From positions 1-64,000 of the forward strand of contig CAWEPK010000005.1 of the NCBI GenBank assembly GCA_963810935.1: a stretch of 64,000 nt of DNA, given 5' to 3'. A program made the translations under genes and the position numbers. Numbering within the stretch: position 1 is the stretch's first letter; every line of letters begins with the position of its first letter. The DNA comes from an uncultured delta proteobacterium. GTDB taxonomy: Bacteria > Desulfobacterota > Syntrophorhabdia > Syntrophorhabdales > WCHB1-27. Shown here piece after piece: positions 59,404 to 64,000 of this stretch. The notes under the pieces were generated by a model, which was not told where the DNA came from, searched no databases, and worked only from the letters and a program-made list of their open reading frames with translations.

Positions 59404-60780
59404 TTACGCGATACCGTACTTCTTTTTCAAGAACTCCATTCCGGTCATCGGATAGAGGGCGTAAATCAGTATGTCCTCCATCTTGTCCGATATGCCTTTC
59501 AGCGCCTCGGCCGCCTTCGGAAGCTCCGGCCCGATCACATCGCCGGGCCGCGCGTCCATTGGCGTCTCTCCCCTTGGATAGCCCTTCAGAGCCTTCTTTC
59601 TTATCTCCTCATCGACGGGGGCCGGGGTACGGCCGTAAAGCCCGTAGAAGTAGTCCTTCACCTCTTTCGTGATCACCTTGTACCTGCCCATGAGGACGTT
59701 CATAACCGATTGAACCCCGACGATCTGGCTCGTAGGGGTGACCAGCGGAGGATAGCCCATCTCTGCCCTTGTCCTGGGTATCTCTTCATAGACCTCGCCT
59801 ATCCGGTGGAGGGCCTTCGCCTGCTTCAACTGGCTCACCAGGTTGCTTATCATGCCGCCCGGTATCTGGTGCATCAGCACGCCGATGTCGATGGCGGAGA
59901 ACTTCGTCGTGTCGGCGAACTGCATGTACTTCTCCACGATGCTCTCCAGGTACTCGTTGATCTCCGGGAATTTTGACAGGTCCAGACCCGTGTCGCGCTC
60001 CGTCCCTGACAACGTCACGATAAAGGGCTCGACGGCTGGGTGGGAGCTGCGAAGGGCGAAGGGCGCCACGCACGTGTCTATGCCGTCCGCTCCCGCTTCT
60101 ATCGCTTTCAGAAGCGCCATGGAGGCCATCCCGCTCGTATAATGCGTATGGAGATGGACGGGGATGCCGATCGTTTTTTTCAGCGCGGACGCCAGCTCGT
60201 AAGCGTCATAAGGAGATATGATGCCTGCCATGTCCTTTATGCACAAGGAGTCGGCGCCCATCTCCTCCAGCTTCCTGGCCTTGTTTACGTAGTAGTCGAG
60301 GTTGAAGATGGGACCGCCCATCCTCCTTTGAGTCAGCGCGTAGGAGAGCGTGCCCTGGATGTGCTTGCCCGCTTTCTTCACCGCCTTGTACGCGGTGATG
60401 AAATTCCGCTCGTCGTTAAGGGCGTCGAAGATGCGGAAGATATCGATGCCGACCTCCGCCGCCTTGGCGACGAACGCCTCGACCACGTCGTCCGCGTACT
60501 GGCGGTACCCGACGAGGTTCTGGCCGCGAAGGAGCATCTGGAACCTGGTATTCGGCATGCGCTCCCTGAGCACGCGCACCCTGTCCCACGGGTCTTCGTT
60601 GAGGAAACGCGTAGTCACGTCGAACGTAGCCCCTCCCCAGACCTCCGCCGAATAGAAGCCGATATCGTCGAGCTTCCCCGCTATCGGAAGCATATCTTCC
60701 GTAGTCATCCTCGTGGCGAAAAGCGACTGGTGCCCATCCCGCAGGGTGGTATCGGTTATCAGAACCGGATTTTTTGCCAT
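59404..60780 (-). CDS. Pyruvate/oxaloacetate carboxyltransferase (PycB/OadA-like, no biotinyl domain)
   Basis: TLRDGHQSL, EVWGGATFD, MLLRGQN, IKDMAG, HLHTH and PLVTPTSQIVG motifs. Confidence 0.93.
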   Translation of the reverse strand: MAKNPVLITDTTLRDGHQSLFATRMTTEDMLPIAGKLDDIGFYSAEVWGGATFDVTTRFLNEDPWDRVRVLRERMPNTRFQMLLRGQNLVGYRQYADDVVEAFVAKAAEVGIDIFRIFDALNDERNFITAYKAVKKAGKHIQGTLSYALTQRRMGGPIFNLDYYVNKARKLEEMGADSLCIKDMAGIISPYDAYELASALKKTIGIPVHLHTHYTSGMASMALLKAIEAGADGIDTCVAPFALRSSHPAVEPFIVTLSGTERDTGLDLSKFPEINEYLESIVEKYMQFADTTKFSAIDIGVLMHQIPGGMISNLVSQLKQAKALHRIGEVYEEIPRTRAEMGYPPLVTPTSQIVGVQSVMNVLMGRYKVITKEVKDYFYGLYGRTPAPVDEEIRKKALKGYPRGETPMDARPGDVIGPELPKAAEALKGISDKMEDILIYALYPMTGMEFLKKKYGIA

Positions 60781-60828
60781 ATTTACGCCTCCTTATCCCC
60801 GATGTATGAATTCATCCCCCAGGCACGT

Positions 60829-61017
60829 CTACCGGTTCTCCTCTATGAATTTCCGGAACGACCTGTCGTATGTCCTTTCCCCTTCCTTCGAGAAGAAACA
60901 ACCGGGCAACTGCTTCATGCTCCTGTGGTACGCCACGCATAGGCAGCACTTGCCCCGTTTCTCGCAATCGTACGTGCACGTGCACGCGGCCATGTTCTTT
61001 TCTACGATACAATCCAT
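60829..61017 (-). CDS. Small Cys-rich protein (DUF6485-like)
   Basis: CTCTYDCEKRGKCCLCVAYHR...LPGCFF...ERTYDRS. Confidence 0.75.
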   Translation of the reverse strand: MDCIVEKNMAACTCTYDCEKRGKCCLCVAYHRSMKQLPGCFFSKEGERTYDRSFRKFIEENR

Positions 61018-61039
61018 ACCGGCACCCCTTGTGATAAAA

Positions 61040-63594
<2,555 letters not shown>

Positions 63595-63813
63595 CTAACT
63601 GGTAAGGCGGAAAACCACGTAGGTTCATTATATGGCCGATTTAGTGAGAATATCATATGAGCCGGTAGGGGTCAATCTTTTGCGCACAAGGCGGACGTCA
63701 CGTTTTCGAGCGTTTCCCGACCTGTAACCGTGTTTTTTTACGCGGTCTTTTGTCGTATAATAGATGCCCGTGGGCAAAGCGGCATCAGGTAAACCCCGGT
63801 CAAAGGAGGCACT

Positions 63814-64000
63814 ATGAGGTCGGACAGGATGAAGAAGGGGATCGAGAAGGCGCCGCACAGGTCGCTTTTCAGCGCGCTGGGTCTTTTGCCCGAAGAGCTT
63901 GAACGGCCTATCATCGGCATCGCCAATTCCGCCTCCGAGCTTATCCCCGGCCACATGCACCTCGACAGGATAGCGGCCGCGGTCAAGGACGGCGTCCGCC
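63814..64000 (+). CDS. ilvD: Dihydroxy-acid dehydratase, 5' part (runs off the window)
   Basis: AGGAGG RBS; reads [19 protein letters not shown]...PIIGIANS...IPGHMHL. Confidence 0.9.
   Translation, partial: MRSDRMKKGIEKAPHRSLFSALGLLPEELERPIIGIANSASELIPGHMHLDRIAAAVKDGVR

Overview
Bacterial genomic window, by inference an anaerobic deltaproteobacterium (Desulfobacterota, Syntrophorhabdus-like gene content); taxonomy cannot be confirmed from sequence alone. 1-13.8 kb: a complete minus-strand dcw cluster (mraZ-rsmH-ftsL-[ftsI]-murE-murF-mraY-murD-[ftsW]-murG-murC-murB-ddl-ftsQ). The ftsI and ftsW positions both hold short, strongly degenerate but open genes. 13.8-23.9 kb: accessory exported proteins (CAP protein, P-II, glycine-zipper lipoprotein, aromatic-acid MFS, 948-aa Tat lipoprotein, lipoprotein metallophosphoesterase); several have sigma54 promoters and a shared GACA-N4-TGTC palindrome. 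24.2-50.2 kb: an AT-richer Wzx/Wzy exopolysaccharide and exosortase locus with an IS200-type element, recombination scars and an ops (RfaH-type) element. 50.4-64 kb: holin-like gene, M24 peptidase, proS, a hidden selenocysteine rhodanese lipoprotein with a SECIS-like hairpin, a DUF362-UbiA-GtrA operon, an Fe-S flavoprotein, an eno-larA-small Cys protein-carboxyltransferase operon and the 5' end of ilvD. Six apparent +1 frameshifts (in five genes) fall at AG^CT, which suggests methylation-linked long-read errors rather than real pseudogenes. No rRNA, tRNA or CRISPR array was seen.
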